Origin: Candidatus Nitrospinota bacterium M3_3B_026
Lineage (GTDB): Bacteria > Nitrospinota_A > UBA7883 > JBPRGF01
Assembly (NCBI GenBank): GCA_051418015.1
Contig: JBPRGF010000003.1
Coordinates: forward strand, 1 to 64,000
Reading direction: 5' to 3'
Length of the DNA stretch: 64,000 nucleotides
Both the position numbers and the translations under genes were made by a program. Position 1 is the stretch's first letter, and every line of letters starts with the position of its first letter. The notes beneath the pieces were generated by a model. The model searched no databases, was not told where the DNA came from, and worked only from the letters and a program-made list of their open reading frames with translations. Shown here in pieces: positions 1 to 9,904 of the stretch.

Positions 1-134
1 GGAATGTTCCCCTTCTGCCAGTAGTATTGAAACAGCCCCTTCTCGATCCCGACCTTTCTGGCCCATGTGTATGGCCGCTCCCCCTTCATCAGGAGGGCCA
101 GCCTGTCCTTGAACGTCTGCCGTTTCTTTGCCAT
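1..134 (-). CDS. N-terminal part of an HTH transcriptional regulator (phage CI-like), runs off the left edge
   Basis: Manual translation from ATG at 134: MAKKRQTFKDRLALLMKGERPYTWARKVGIEKGLFQYYWQKGNI; HTH-like; GGGGAG RBS-like sequence upstream; not in the ORF track. Confidence 0.6.
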   Translation of the reverse strand, partial: MAKKRQTFKDRLALLMKGERPYTWARKVGIEKGLFQYYWQKGNI

Positions 135-177
135 GATTCCCTGCTCCCCACTCGTTATCAGGGTAAGAATCCTATGA

Positions 178-203
178 ATACTATAGTCTGTAGATATTTA
201 GTC
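178..203. promoter_or_regulatory. Putative C-box-like operator between divergent HTH genes
   Basis: ACTATAGTC-TGTA-GATATTTAGTC resembles tandem R-M controller-protein operators. Confidence 0.35.
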
Positions 204-249
204 TGCAAGGGAAAAGAATACGGGAGCTTGAAAATCATGATCGGGAGAA

Positions 250-477
250 ATGGCGAAAAAGTTGGAAAGGGTGTTCGGGGGAGTCATGAGGGACCTGCGC
301 AAGAAACGCGGCCTCTCCCAGGAGGAGCTTGGATTCGAGACCGGTTACCATCGCACCTACATCAGCCTGCTTGAACGCGGCCTTCGAAGCCCCACCCTGA
401 CCACCATCTTCCAGCTCGCCACCGCACTTGAAGTAAAACCCTCCGAGATAATCCGTCAGGTCGAATCCGCCAAATAG
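250..477 (+). CDS. XRE-family HTH regulator (controller C-protein-like)
   Basis: LRKKRGLSQEELG...HRTYISLLERGLRSPTL; GGGAGA RBS. Confidence 0.9.
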   Translation: MAKKLERVFGGVMRDLRKKRGLSQEELGFETGYHRTYISLLERGLRSPTLTTIFQLATALEVKPSEIIRQVESAK

Positions 478-546
478 CTCTGCTGTGCCCCCCTGTTTTT
501 TCGCTCCTGTTTCTTGGTTTTTTCAGTACGCCGTTTTTTGGTTTGT

Positions 547-1161
547 TCAGTTTCTTGCCTCCAAAGCGGCCTTGAGTTCCATGAACTCGCCAATGTTTTC
601 GCCTGTTCGGGCGGCGTTATCCATCCCGGCCTTCTCCACCGTCACCATCTCAAAAAGACGATTATCCATGTCACCAGCCGGTTTGCCAGTCCTTGCCCAG
701 ACGCCGAGAGGGAATCTCTGAGACACGTCCTTGAGGGCGTAACAGTCAAAAAGAGTGTCACCGATCATCATCCGGAAACATCCTCTCAGCCCGCCGGTGT
801 CTGTGATGGTAAAGTCGTACGTCCAAAAGGTGTCATTCAGCGCCGTCGTGGCCACGGCCAGATATTTTGAAAGGGATGGATACCACGCCACCGCCAAAGC
901 ATCGTTAGAGTTGTCGGCGTCGTAGCCGATATACATGTCCGTGCCATCGCTGGTCTTCTCGTCATCTGTCGTCTTGCCGTCGACCGTATATCGATGCGTG
1001 AACTCATCGACAACATTGAACACAAACTTCAAATTGCCGATGATGTCTTTCGGCGACGGACCGCTTGTATCCTCCGAGGATGAGCCCCCGCCGCCTCCAC
1101 CGCCACAGGCCGTGATCGTGATTACTAACATGAACGCCGTCGCCAACCTTGCCACTTTCAT
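547..1161 (-). CDS. Lipoprotein of unknown function
   Basis: Signal peptide with lipobox ITA-C followed by Gly/Ser linker; GGAGGAG RBS. Confidence 0.75.
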   Translation of the reverse strand: MKVARLATAFMLVITITACGGGGGGGSSSEDTSGPSPKDIIGNLKFVFNVVDEFTHRYTVDGKTTDDEKTSDGTDMYIGYDADNSNDALAVAWYPSLSKYLAVATTALNDTFWTYDFTITDTGGLRGCFRMMIGDTLFDCYALKDVSQRFPLGVWARTGKPAGDMDNRLFEMVTVEKAGMDNAARTGENIGEFMELKAALEARN

Positions 1162-1214
1162 GATCTCCTCCCTCGATAAAAATTGCCTTGCATGGCGGGA
1201 GGATATACTCCGCC

Positions 1215-1275
1215 TGTGACAACGGAGGTCACGCGCAAGAGGGTAGGCCGATAATTTGTGACCTCATATGTCACA
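1215..1275. promoter_or_regulatory. Two TGTGAC-N7-GTCAC palindromes, probable WYL-regulator operators
   Basis: TGTGACaacggagGTCACG (1215-1233) and TGTGACctcatatGTCACA (1257-1275). Confidence 0.6.
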
Positions 1276-1341
1276 GCGGCCATGGATAATGATCGCGGTG
1301 TTATAATTTCCGGCACAGGGTAAACAAGGGGACGAGGAAAC

Positions 1342-2304
1342 ATGTCCAGAAACGCGCAGGTGATCCGGTTTATGGCGTTGTTGCGTGAGCTGGAGTCCGC
1401 AAGAGGGCTTTACGTACCCAAAATGGCGGAGCGGCTCGGCGTCACGAGGCGCACGATATACCGCGACCTGCGGGCCATAGAGGACTCCGGCTACCCCCTC
1501 TACCAGGACAAGGGCGATTCGCGAACGGTGTGGCGATTCGTCGATTCGTACCGAAGCAGCGTGCGCGAGCTTTCCATCTCCACATCGGAGATGCTGGCGC
1601 TCTGGTCCGCCCTTGGCTTTTTGCGCAATCTCAAAGGCACGCCTTTCGAAGCGGATCTCGGATCCCTGACCAAGAAGATCGAGTCTTTGAACAACAACGG
1701 CAACGGCCTGAAGAGGCTCGGGAAGACGCTCCTGCGCCCCTCGGAGAAAGGAACCAAGGAATACTCGGCAAGCGGCGAGACGATCAGGCTGTTGCTAAAA
1801 GGTATATTGGAGTCGCGCGCCCTACTCCTGGATTATTACTCCTTCCACTCCGAGAAAGTAAAGAAGCTGGAGATACATCCGTATCATCTGCTCGAGCACA
1901 AGAAGGGGCTATATCTTTTCTGCCATTCCATGGAGCATGGCAAAGTCATCACGCTGGCCGTCGAGAGGATAAAGAAGATCGGGCTGACTGGGAAAACGTT
2001 CGAGCCCGATGTCTCCCTCGACTTTGAAAGCTATGCCAACTCCGGGTTCGGGATTTACTCCGGCGCTGGCAGGGAGGAAGCCATTGAGCTTATCTTCTCC
2101 AAAAACACCGCGAAGTATATCAGGGAGAGGCGCTGGCACCCCACCCAGCGGTTGAAGGAGATGAAAGACGGGCGGGTGAAGCTTTCCTTCAAAGCCTGCG
2201 TCGACTTCGAGCTGATCCACTGGATACGGGGGTTTGGGGAGGATGTGGAAGTGATAAGACCGGAGGAGTTGAAAAATATGGTAGATGGAAAAGTGAAAAG
2301 TTGA
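1342..2304 (+). CDS. HTH-WYL-WCX transcriptional regulator (YafY/PafB-like)
   Basis: N-terminal LGVTRRTIYRDL wHTH; HPYHL...LYL...VERI WYL core; RRWHPTQ and WIRGFG...VEVIRPEEL WCX domain. Confidence 0.92.
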   Translation: MSRNAQVIRFMALLRELESARGLYVPKMAERLGVTRRTIYRDLRAIEDSGYPLYQDKGDSRTVWRFVDSYRSSVRELSISTSEMLALWSALGFLRNLKGTPFEADLGSLTKKIESLNNNGNGLKRLGKTLLRPSEKGTKEYSASGETIRLLLKGILESRALLLDYYSFHSEKVKKLEIHPYHLLEHKKGLYLFCHSMEHGKVITLAVERIKKIGLTGKTFEPDVSLDFESYANSGFGIYSGAGREEAIELIFSKNTAKYIRERRWHPTQRLKEMKDGRVKLSFKACVDFELIHWIRGFGEDVEVIRPEELKNMVDGKVKS

Positions 2305-2403
2305 AAATGAACATCTACAAGCTAGGGTAATCGATCTCATTCTGTTGCGTGGCATAATATAACTCTTTGCAAATCATAGTTGTTACAAGGGGAGTAAGTA
2401 TTC

Positions 2404-4101
2404 ATGGCAAAAGCTGAGGCGACTGTAGAAGAACTCGTCAGCATGATCGAGCGAGGCGAGTTGCGGTTGCCCGAGATGCAACGCCGCTATGTATGGCGCT
2501 CTACTCGTGTGCGTGATCTGCTCGACTCGCTCTACCGCGGATATCCCTCAGGAGCCATCCTGCTATGGGATACCGATGAAGCCGTCCCACAGCAGGAATT
2601 CGCGGTCGATCAGCAAAAGAACCCCTATCAGAGCACCCGTCTTCTTCTCGACGGTCAGCAACGGCTCACCTCGCTCTCTGCCGTAATACGTGGCGAGCAG
2701 GTTAGTGTGCGAGGCCGCAAAAAGCCCATTGAATTATTATTCAACCTCGATCATCCCGAGGAACTCACCATTGTGACGGAGGTAAACGAAGACGGCGAGG
2801 AGGGTGACGAGGATTTGATTGAGGACGAGACGGATTCAACCGAGGACGAACTGCAAAAGCGTTTTGATAAAATGACGTTTGTTGTCGGCACGCGCAAGCT
2901 GGAGCAACTGCCGCATTGGGTGAAGGTCACCGAAGTCTTTAAAGCGGACAGCGATGCGCCATTTCTCAAACGGGCTGGCGTCACGGATTTTGAGGATCCG
3001 CGGTACGAAAAGTACAGCCAGCGTCTTGCCCGCTTGCGCGCTATCCGCAAGTACATATATCGCATGGATGTTTTGGAAAGGAAGCTGTCATACGATGAGG
3101 TTACCGAGATATTTGTCCGTGTGAATTCACTCGGTGCCAAACTGCGTGGCTCCGACCTCGCGTTAGCGCAGATCACCGCCAAATGGCGTGGCGCGCTCAA
3201 GACATTCCAGGGATTTCAGACGCAGTGCGTCAAAGACGGCTTCGACCTTGATCTCGGCCTCCACCTCAGGAATCTGATCGCTTTCGCCACTGGCCAGTCT
3301 CGCTTTCTAACGGTGGGCAGCCTGCCGGTTGACAGGCTGCAAAAGGCATGGGATGAATGCGTTCCTGGTATGGAGTTCGCGCTCAATTTTATCAAGAGCA
3401 ACGTTGGCATTGACAGCCCGGCTCTTCTGTCCTCCCCATTCATTTTTGTGACGCTGGGTTACTACGGTCATAAGCGCCATTACCAAATCGCCCCGGACGA
3501 GGAGCAGCGCCTGAGGCGCTGGGCGCTTGTCGCCAACGCCAAAGGCCGCTACTCACGCGGTTCGAGCGAGACGCTATTAGACCAGGACCTCGCGACACTT
3601 CGCAATGGCGGCGGGGCTGACGAGCTGATCGACCGTCTCCGTCTGCAGGTCGGGCGCCTTGATATAGCTCCGGAAGAGTTGGAGGGACGCAACCAGAGGA
3701 GCGCTCTGTTCAAGACAATGTTTCTGGCATTCCGGGCCGCTGGAGCCAAAGACTGGCGCTCCAACCTCTCTATAGCGCTAGATCATAAGGGATCGAACCA
3801 TCGCTTGCAATTCCACCATATCTTTCCCAAGGCCGTGCTCAAGCACGTTTACACTGCCCGTGATGCGGACGATATCGCGAACCTTGCGTTTGTTAGCGGA
3901 AGGACAAACAGACAGATCAGTGACAAGGCGCCGGTTGAGTATTTCCCGCCGATAATCCAGAAATCAGGGATTAACGCATTTGAAGCGCAGTGCATACCGA
4001 CAGACTCGGCCCTGCTCAGCGTTGAAGCCTATAAGACTTTTCTCGCGGAGCGGCGTAAAGCTGTGAGCAGACGTCTGAACGAATTTCTTGGAGTAATGTA
4101 G
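2404..4101 (+). CDS. DUF262 + HNH (DUF1524-like) GmrSD-type modification-dependent nuclease
   Basis: PEMQRRYVW, DGQQRLT and FVRVN DUF262 motifs; C-terminal HHIFP...IANL...N HNH-like motif. Confidence 0.85.
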   Translation: MAKAEATVEELVSMIERGELRLPEMQRRYVWRSTRVRDLLDSLYRGYPSGAILLWDTDEAVPQQEFAVDQQKNPYQSTRLLLDGQQRLTSLSAVIRGEQVSVRGRKKPIELLFNLDHPEELTIVTEVNEDGEEGDEDLIEDETDSTEDELQKRFDKMTFVVGTRKLEQLPHWVKVTEVFKADSDAPFLKRAGVTDFEDPRYEKYSQRLARLRAIRKYIYRMDVLERKLSYDEVTEIFVRVNSLGAKLRGSDLALAQITAKWRGALKTFQGFQTQCVKDGFDLDLGLHLRNLIAFATGQSRFLTVGSLPVDRLQKAWDECVPGMEFALNFIKSNVGIDSPALLSSPFIFVTLGYYGHKRHYQIAPDEEQRLRRWALVANAKGRYSRGSSETLLDQDLATLRNGGGADELIDRLRLQVGRLDIAPEELEGRNQRSALFKTMFLAFRAAGAKDWRSNLSIALDHKGSNHRLQFHHIFPKAVLKHVYTARDADDIANLAFVSGRTNRQISDKAPVEYFPPIIQKSGINAFEAQCIPTDSALLSVEAYKTFLAERRKAVSRRLNEFLGVM

Positions 4102-4170
4102 TTGTGATCTAGCGTTGTCTGGTGGTTGAACTGAAAATCTTGTCCAGAAAGTAAAAGAACTGGAAACGTA

Positions 4171-4374
4171 ATGAGAAAACGGTTTAAATCAAAACGCCGA
4201 TCCTGCCCATTATGTAAGCCACATAAAACCGGGGGAAGCAACCGCTGGCCTGCAAAGGAGCATGAGGCTATTAAAAGATTTGAACATGACGAACAAGGCA
4301 GTGACCCCGCTTGGAAAGACATCGACAAGGAAATCCAGGATGAATATGGGCGGAGAAATGATGACGCTGTATGA
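4171..4374 (+). CDS. Small basic protein with CxxCKPHK motif
   Basis: MRKRFKSKRRSCPLCKPHK; 67 aa. Confidence 0.5.
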   Translation: MRKRFKSKRRSCPLCKPHKTGGSNRWPAKEHEAIKRFEHDEQGSDPAWKDIDKEIQDEYGRRNDDAV

Positions 4375-4376
4375 AT

Positions 4377-4601
4377 TTACCAATAATACAGGTGCGGTTT
4401 CCGGTTTCCAAGCGGCCACGTCACATTATCCGTGTTCACCCCATTTAAGACTTCATGACAAAGGGCGCTGTCCTGGCGTCTCCTGGGGCGGTTATGAAAG
4501 ATAATATTCCATGAGGAAGGAGCTTCACCGGTCCGGCTTCCGCCATCAAGTTTCCCCCGTGCTCTGCTATTTGTTCTTGGCTTTCTGCGTTTGTAATTCA
4601 T
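4377..4601 (-). CDS. Small basic hypothetical protein
   Basis: 74 aa, Arg/Lys-rich, ends WPLGNRKPHLYYW; convergent with previous ORF with 2 bp gap. Confidence 0.55.
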   Translation of the reverse strand: MNYKRRKPRTNSRARGKLDGGSRTGEAPSSWNIIFHNRPRRRQDSALCHEVLNGVNTDNVTWPLGNRKPHLYYW

Positions 4602-4687
4602 TTTCAGAGTTCTTCTTTGGATTTTCTGACTTGATATTATACAGACGGGAAGGAAAGATCAAATCGGATTTCGAAAAATGGTCATAG

Positions 4688-5314
4688 CAAGATGATGAGC
4701 GCCAGGGGCTCGCTCAACGTATCGCCGCCGTCGTCCATTACGAGGGGGCAGAATGGTGGCGCAACGGATTGCTTGCTGAATTTATAGCCGCCGCTGGGGA
4801 AAATGACCGGGTCGAATTTACGGACACCCTTGGGCGTTTTTGGGAAACGTATAACGAGGATAAGCGTAAAGAGGCTTGGGACGCATGGATCAACGACTAC
4901 ATCCAAAATCGTAAGTCCGGTAAACCAAAGCATTTCACCGCCCAGGAAATCGGAGCGTTGGCTGCGTGGGTGTTCCCGTTCGCTTTTATGGCAGAGCGAT
5001 TTGTCGACTCTATCACCGCCTTGCCCGAGCCCGACTTGAGGCATGGACACATCTTTCATCGCCTGGAAGAGAGCGACCTTCCTGAAAAGGCGCCGAACGC
5101 AGCTCTTCATCTAATCTCCTGGTTATTTAAAGGCGCAAAACGCGGTGAGTTTTGGGAGGGCGCCGAGGTTCTGAAAATCGTCCAACGCCTCATCGACGCA
5201 GGTGTTGACCGCGCCGAGCTAACCGGCGCCATCGGTGAACAATGCGTTAGTCTTGGCCTAGATAATATCCTCGACCTCATTTCGTCTCCGGATTCCCCTG
5301 CTTCAGAGCCGTGA
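4688..5314 (+). pseudogene. 5'-truncated C-terminal fragment of a large helical protein (resembles DUF4020 region of SIR2-type defence proteins)
   Basis: Frame open from 4688 after an in-frame TAG, no convincing start; W..W...Y...R..GKP...E...W pattern. Confidence 0.4.
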
Positions 5315-5651
5315 CACAGCACTCGCGTGTTATCATGATGCCTTAGGGAAATCATGATTTTTGCGGGCTCAACGATTTGATATTACAGGTGAAATATGGC
5401 GCACGGGCGAAAAGGATTGTGGCGTCCACAGGGGGAAGTAGCTGTCTGTTCGGTCAGGCTCGCCTCTGATGGTTGCGGCAAACAATCAAAACGCCCGTGT
5501 GGAGCCTGAGAAATGAACGTAATGGAAGACCGTTGGCTATTGCGTATTTCACTCGAAATCGGCCACCCCGATAGACCGATGGGGCTCAGCGGCACTGGTA
5601 AACCGTAACCGAAAGGCACGCTTCCTCCTTTTGACCATATGGAGGTAGCTG

Positions 5652-5981
5652 ATGCCGAACAGGAGGTTGACCATGCGCCGCTACCTTCGGCCTGACCTTC
5701 TGATCATCGACGACATGGGACTCAAGAAACTGCCGAAGCAGTCAGGGGAATATCTGTTCGAAATCATCATGCGGCGGTACGAACTGCGGTCGACGATCAT
5801 GACATCCAACAGGCCGCTGGAGGAATGGGGAAAGCTCGTAGGCGACGCCCCCACCGCCACCGCCATACTCGACCGCTTCCTGAGCCGCGCCGAGATCGTC
5901 CAGATCACGGGAAAAAGCTACCGGCTCAAGGATAAAGCTTGTCAAACGGAAAACGAAAATGATAAGAAAAAGAAACAGTGA
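5652..5981 (+). pseudogene. istB: IS21-family IstB helper ATPase, C-terminal fragment
   Basis: PDLLIIDDMG Walker B, STIMTSNRP, AILDR, GKSYR; Walker A half and istA absent. Confidence 0.85.
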
Positions 5982-6036
5982 CACTGGCCGCTTTTGAGGC
6001 GCCCATCACTGGCCGGGTTTAAAGTGCCCACTGACA
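5982..6036 (+). mobile_element. IS21-family right terminal repeat region
   Basis: Two 25-bp repeats CACTGGCCG...GCCCA (5982-6006, 6007-6031) ending in TGACA immediately after istB. Confidence 0.75.
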
Positions 6037-6260
6037 ACTGGGGCCGCGTGTGGGGGGAGCTTATCACCTTCGACGATCCCGAGTCGCGCCTGCCCGCCAT
6101 CGACCGCTTGGAGGGATTCCACCCGGGCGGTCCGAGCCTGTACAGACGCATTCTTGCCCCTGTTCGGGCCGACGGAGCTGTTTGCCCGGTTTGGCTGTAT
6201 GTGGGAACTGAATCCACCTTGAGCCGGTCCATCCTCACCGGACGTTCCAGCTACCCTAAT
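6037..6260 (+). pseudogene. Gamma-glutamylcyclotransferase-like C-terminal fragment interrupted by the IS end
   Basis: VWGEL...IDRLEGF...LYRR...WLY pattern begins right at the IS terminus. Confidence 0.5.
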
Positions 6261-6462
6261 TCAATCGGTCCAAGTCGGATAAACAGGGACCACGCTCGGA
6301 AAAACTGCTTTACAGTAGGCCTCGCTCTGATATATTTTACCCCTGTTTATGTGGGTTTGTCTGGATGAAACGGTGTGTGCCGAACCATGCAAACCGTTCT
6401 ATCAACTGACAACACGAGGCCGTCTCGAAGATTGGCAATAACGCTCGGAGTGAGTGGAGACA

Positions 6463-6660
6463 ATGATGGAAGATCGATGGCTCTCCGTGGATGAGATCGC
6501 GGTCTATCTCGGCATCAAGCGAGATACCGTTTACAGGTGGATAAGTGAAAGAAATCTGCCAGGTCACAAGATAGGCCGTCTCTGGAAATTTCGAAAAGAA
6601 GAAATCGACGAATGGGTGAAGTCGGGCAGAGCCGACGAGAACAAGGATAAAGGAAAATAG
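6463..6660 (+). CDS. Excisionase-like (HTH_17) DNA-binding protein
   Basis: EDRWLSVDEIAVYLGIKRDTVYRWI...LPGHKIGRLWKF...IDEWV. Confidence 0.9.
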   Translation: MMEDRWLSVDEIAVYLGIKRDTVYRWISERNLPGHKIGRLWKFRKEEIDEWVKSGRADENKDKGK

Positions 6661-6882
6661 TGAAGGCTAATGAGGCCACAAAAAAAAGAGGATGACTGAA
6701 AAAAGATGGCTATGCTTTTGGATAACAAGGCACAAAGCAAGGTCGGCGATGCTCTCGCGCGGGGCAGGAAGCCGAACCCGGCGTAGGAAATATCCATTAC
6801 GCCCAAAGGGGAAAAAACGAAAAGCCGTGCCTGGAATGAATGAAGCCGATAATACTTGACCCGGTTTCAGAGAGAGAAAACA

Positions 6883-9800
6883 ATGACTGAACAAGAACTC
6901 GAACAAGCACTGATCGGCAAACTGACCGATCTCAAATATACCCACCGGCCAGACATCCGCGACCGCGCCGCCCTCGAAGGCAACTTCCGCAATCACTTCC
7001 AGGCCCTCAACCGCGCCCAGCTCACCGATGGCGAATTCAAGCGTTTCCTCGACGAGATCATCACCCCCGACGTCTTCACCGCCGCGACTCTGCTCCGCGA
7101 GCGCAACAGCTTCACCCGCGACGACGGCACCCCGCTCAACTACACCCTCGTCAACATCAAGGACTGGTGCAAGAACACCTTCGAGGTCGTCAACCAGCTC
7201 CGCATCAATACCGACAACAGCTTCCAACGCTACGACGTGATGCTACTGATCAACGGCATCCCCGCCGTCCAGATCGAACTCAAGACCCTCGGCATCAGCC
7301 CCCGCCGGGCCATGCAGCAGATAGTCGGCTACAAAAAAGACCCCGGCAACGGCTATACCAAGACCCTGCTCTGCTTCGTCCAGCTCTTCATCGTCTCCAA
7401 CCAGACCGAGACCTACTACTTCGCCAACAACAACGACCGCCACTTCGCCTTCGACGCCGATGAAAACTTCCTGCCCATCTACCAGCACGCCGCCGAAGAC
7501 AACGCCAAGATCACCCACATCGACGACTTCGCCGAGTCCTTTCTGCCCAAGTGTACCCTCGGCACGACCATCAGCCGCTACATGGTCCTCGTCGCCTCCG
7601 AGCAGAAGATGCTCATGATGCGCCCCTACCAGGTTTACGCCGTCAAAGCCATCGACCAGTGCATCCGCGAGAACCGCGGCAACGGCTACATTTGGCACAC
7701 CACCGGCTCGGGCAAGACCCTCACCTCCTTCAAGGCCTCCACGCTCCTCAAAATCAACCCCGACATCCACAAGTGCCTCTTCGTCGTCGACCGCAAAGAC
7801 CTCGACCGCCAGACCCGCGAAGAGTTCAACCGCTTCCAGGAAGGCTGCGTCGAGGAAAACACCAACACCGCCGCGCTCGTCCACCGCCTCGTCTCCGACG
7901 ACTACGCCGACAAGGTCATCGTCACCACCATCCAGAAGCTCGGCCTCGCCCTAGACGAAACCAGCAAATACAACAAGCCCGACAAGAAGAACGGCAAGGC
8001 CACCTTCAAACAGCGCCTCGAACCGCTCAGCGACAAGCGCATGGTCTTCATCTTCGACGAGTGCCACCGCTCCCAGTTCGGCCAGACCCACCAGACCATC
8101 AAAAACTTCTTCCCCAAGGCCCAACTCTTCGGCTTCACCGGCACGCCGATTTCCGAAGACAACGCCACCACGAAGAAGATCGATGGCGAGGTTGCCACGC
8201 TCAAAACCACCAAAGACCTCTTCCACAGCGAACTTCACGCCTACACCATCACCCACGCCATCGAGGACCGCAACGTCCTCAAGTTCCACGTGGATTACTT
8301 CAAACCCGACGGCGAAAACCCGCCTAGGCCCGGCGAACCCCTCGCCAAACGCGCCGTCATCGACGCCATCCTCGCCAAGCACGACGCCGCCACGGGCGAG
8401 CGCCGCTTCAACGCGCTCTTCGCCACGGCCTCGATCAACGACGCCATCGAGTACCACAAGCTTTTCAAGCAGGTTCAGGACGAGCGCCAGGCCGAAGATC
8501 CCGACTTCGTCCCCCTCAAGGTCGCCGCCGTCTTCTCGCCGCCCGCCGAGGGCAACAAGGATGTCCAGCAGCTCCAGGAAGACCTGCCCCAGGAACGCGA
8601 AGACAACCAGCAGGAGCCGGACAGGAAAAAGGAAGCGCTCAAGGCCATCATCGCCGACTACAACGAGCGCTTCGGCGCCAACCACGACCTCTACAACTTC
8701 GACCTCTACTACCAGGACGTCCAGAAACGCATCAAGGACCAGCAATACCCTAACTGCGACCTCCCCCGGAAGGGCGCGGAAAAGATCGACATCACCATCG
8801 TCGTCGACATGCTCCTGACCGGCTTCGACGCCAAATACCTCAACACCCTCTACGTCGATAAAAACCTCAAGCACCACGGCCTCATCCAGGCCTTCTCCCG
8901 CACCAATCGCGTGCTCAACGCCGCCAAGCCCTACGGCCACATCCTCGACTTCCGCGGCCAGCAGGACAAAGTCGATGAAGCCATCACCATGTTCTCCGGC
9001 GCAAAAGCCGAACAAGCGAAGGAAATCTGGCTCGTCGACAAGGCCCCCGTCGTGATCGAACAACTCAGGGCCGCCAGGCGGAAACTGGACGACTTTCTCC
9101 AGTCCCAGGGCCTCGACCCGCGCCCCGAAGCCGTCCCCAACCTCAAGGGCGACGACGCCCGCGCCGCTTTCGTCAAGCAGTTCAAAGAGGTCCAGCGCCT
9201 TACCACCCAGCTCGACCAGTACACCGACCTCACCGGCGAGCAGCGCCAGGAGATCGAGCAGACGCTCCCCAGGGACGACGCCCGCGCCTTCCGCGGCGTC
9301 TATCTCGAAACCGCCAAACGCCTCAAAGCCAAACAGGACAAGACCGGCGGCGGCGACAGCGCCACGCAGGATGAGATCGACCAGCTCGATTTCGAGTTCG
9401 TCCTCTTCGCCTCGGCCGACATCGACTACGACTACATCATGAACCTCATCGCCCGCTTCAGCGGGCAGACGCCGAGCCAGCAGGAAATGAGCCGCGCCCA
9501 GCTCATCCGCCTCATCCGCTCCGACGCCAAGTTCATGGACGAACTCGACGAGATCACCGAATACGTCCGGACGCTCGAAACCGGCAAACCCATGACCGAG
9601 GAGCAGGTCCGCAACGGCTACCAGCGCTTCAAGGACGAGCGCCACGCCGCCGAACTCGCCAAAGTCGCGGGTAGCCACGGCCTGACCAACGACGCGCTGC
9701 AAACCTTTGTGGGCGCCATCCTCGACCGCATGATCTTCGACGGCGAACAGCTCACCGACCTGATGGAGCCCCTCGGCCTCGGCTGGCGCGAGCGCCGCGA

Positions 9801-9894
9801 GAAGGAACTGAAGCTGATGGACGACCTCGTCCCGCTCCTGAAGAAACGCGCCGCCGGCCGAACCATCTCCGGACTGAACGCATACGAGCAATGA
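6883..9894 (+). CDS. hsdR: Type I restriction endonuclease subunit R
   Basis: QIELK nuclease motif, HTTGSGKT, DECHRS, GFTGTP, MLLTGFD, QAFSRTNR. Confidence 0.97.
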   Translation: MTEQELEQALIGKLTDLKYTHRPDIRDRAALEGNFRNHFQALNRAQLTDGEFKRFLDEIITPDVFTAATLLRERNSFTRDDGTPLNYTLVNIKDWCKNTFEVVNQLRINTDNSFQRYDVMLLINGIPAVQIELKTLGISPRRAMQQIVGYKKDPGNGYTKTLLCFVQLFIVSNQTETYYFANNNDRHFAFDADENFLPIYQHAAEDNAKITHIDDFAESFLPKCTLGTTISRYMVLVASEQKMLMMRPYQVYAVKAIDQCIRENRGNGYIWHTTGSGKTLTSFKASTLLKINPDIHKCLFVVDRKDLDRQTREEFNRFQEGCVEENTNTAALVHRLVSDDYADKVIVTTIQKLGLALDETSKYNKPDKKNGKATFKQRLEPLSDKRMVFIFDECHRSQFGQTHQTIKNFFPKAQLFGFTGTPISEDNATTKKIDGEVATLKTTKDLFHSELHAYTITHAIEDRNVLKFHVDYFKPDGENPPRPGEPLAKRAVIDAILAKHDAATGERRFNALFATASINDAIEYHKLFKQVQDERQAEDPDFVPLKVAAVFSPPAEGNKDVQQLQEDLPQEREDNQQEPDRKKEALKAIIADYNERFGANHDLYNFDLYYQDVQKRIKDQQYPNCDLPRKGAEKIDITIVVDMLLTGFDAKYLNTLYVDKNLKHHGLIQAFSRTNRVLNAAKPYGHILDFRGQQDKVDEAITMFSGAKAEQAKEIWLVDKAPVVIEQLRAARRKLDDFLQSQGLDPRPEAVPNLKGDDARAAFVKQFKEVQRLTTQLDQYTDLTGEQRQEIEQTLPRDDARAFRGVYLETAKRLKAKQDKTGGGDSATQDEIDQLDFEFVLFASADIDYDYIMNLIARFSGQTPSQQEMSRAQLIRLIRSDAKFMDELDEITEYVRTLETGKPMTEEQVRNGYQRFKDERHAAELAKVAGSHGLTNDALQTFVGAILDRMIFDGEQLTDLMEPLGLGWRERREKELKLMDDLVPLLKKRAAGRTISGLNAYEQ

Positions 9895-9904
9895 GGCTGA
9901 AACG

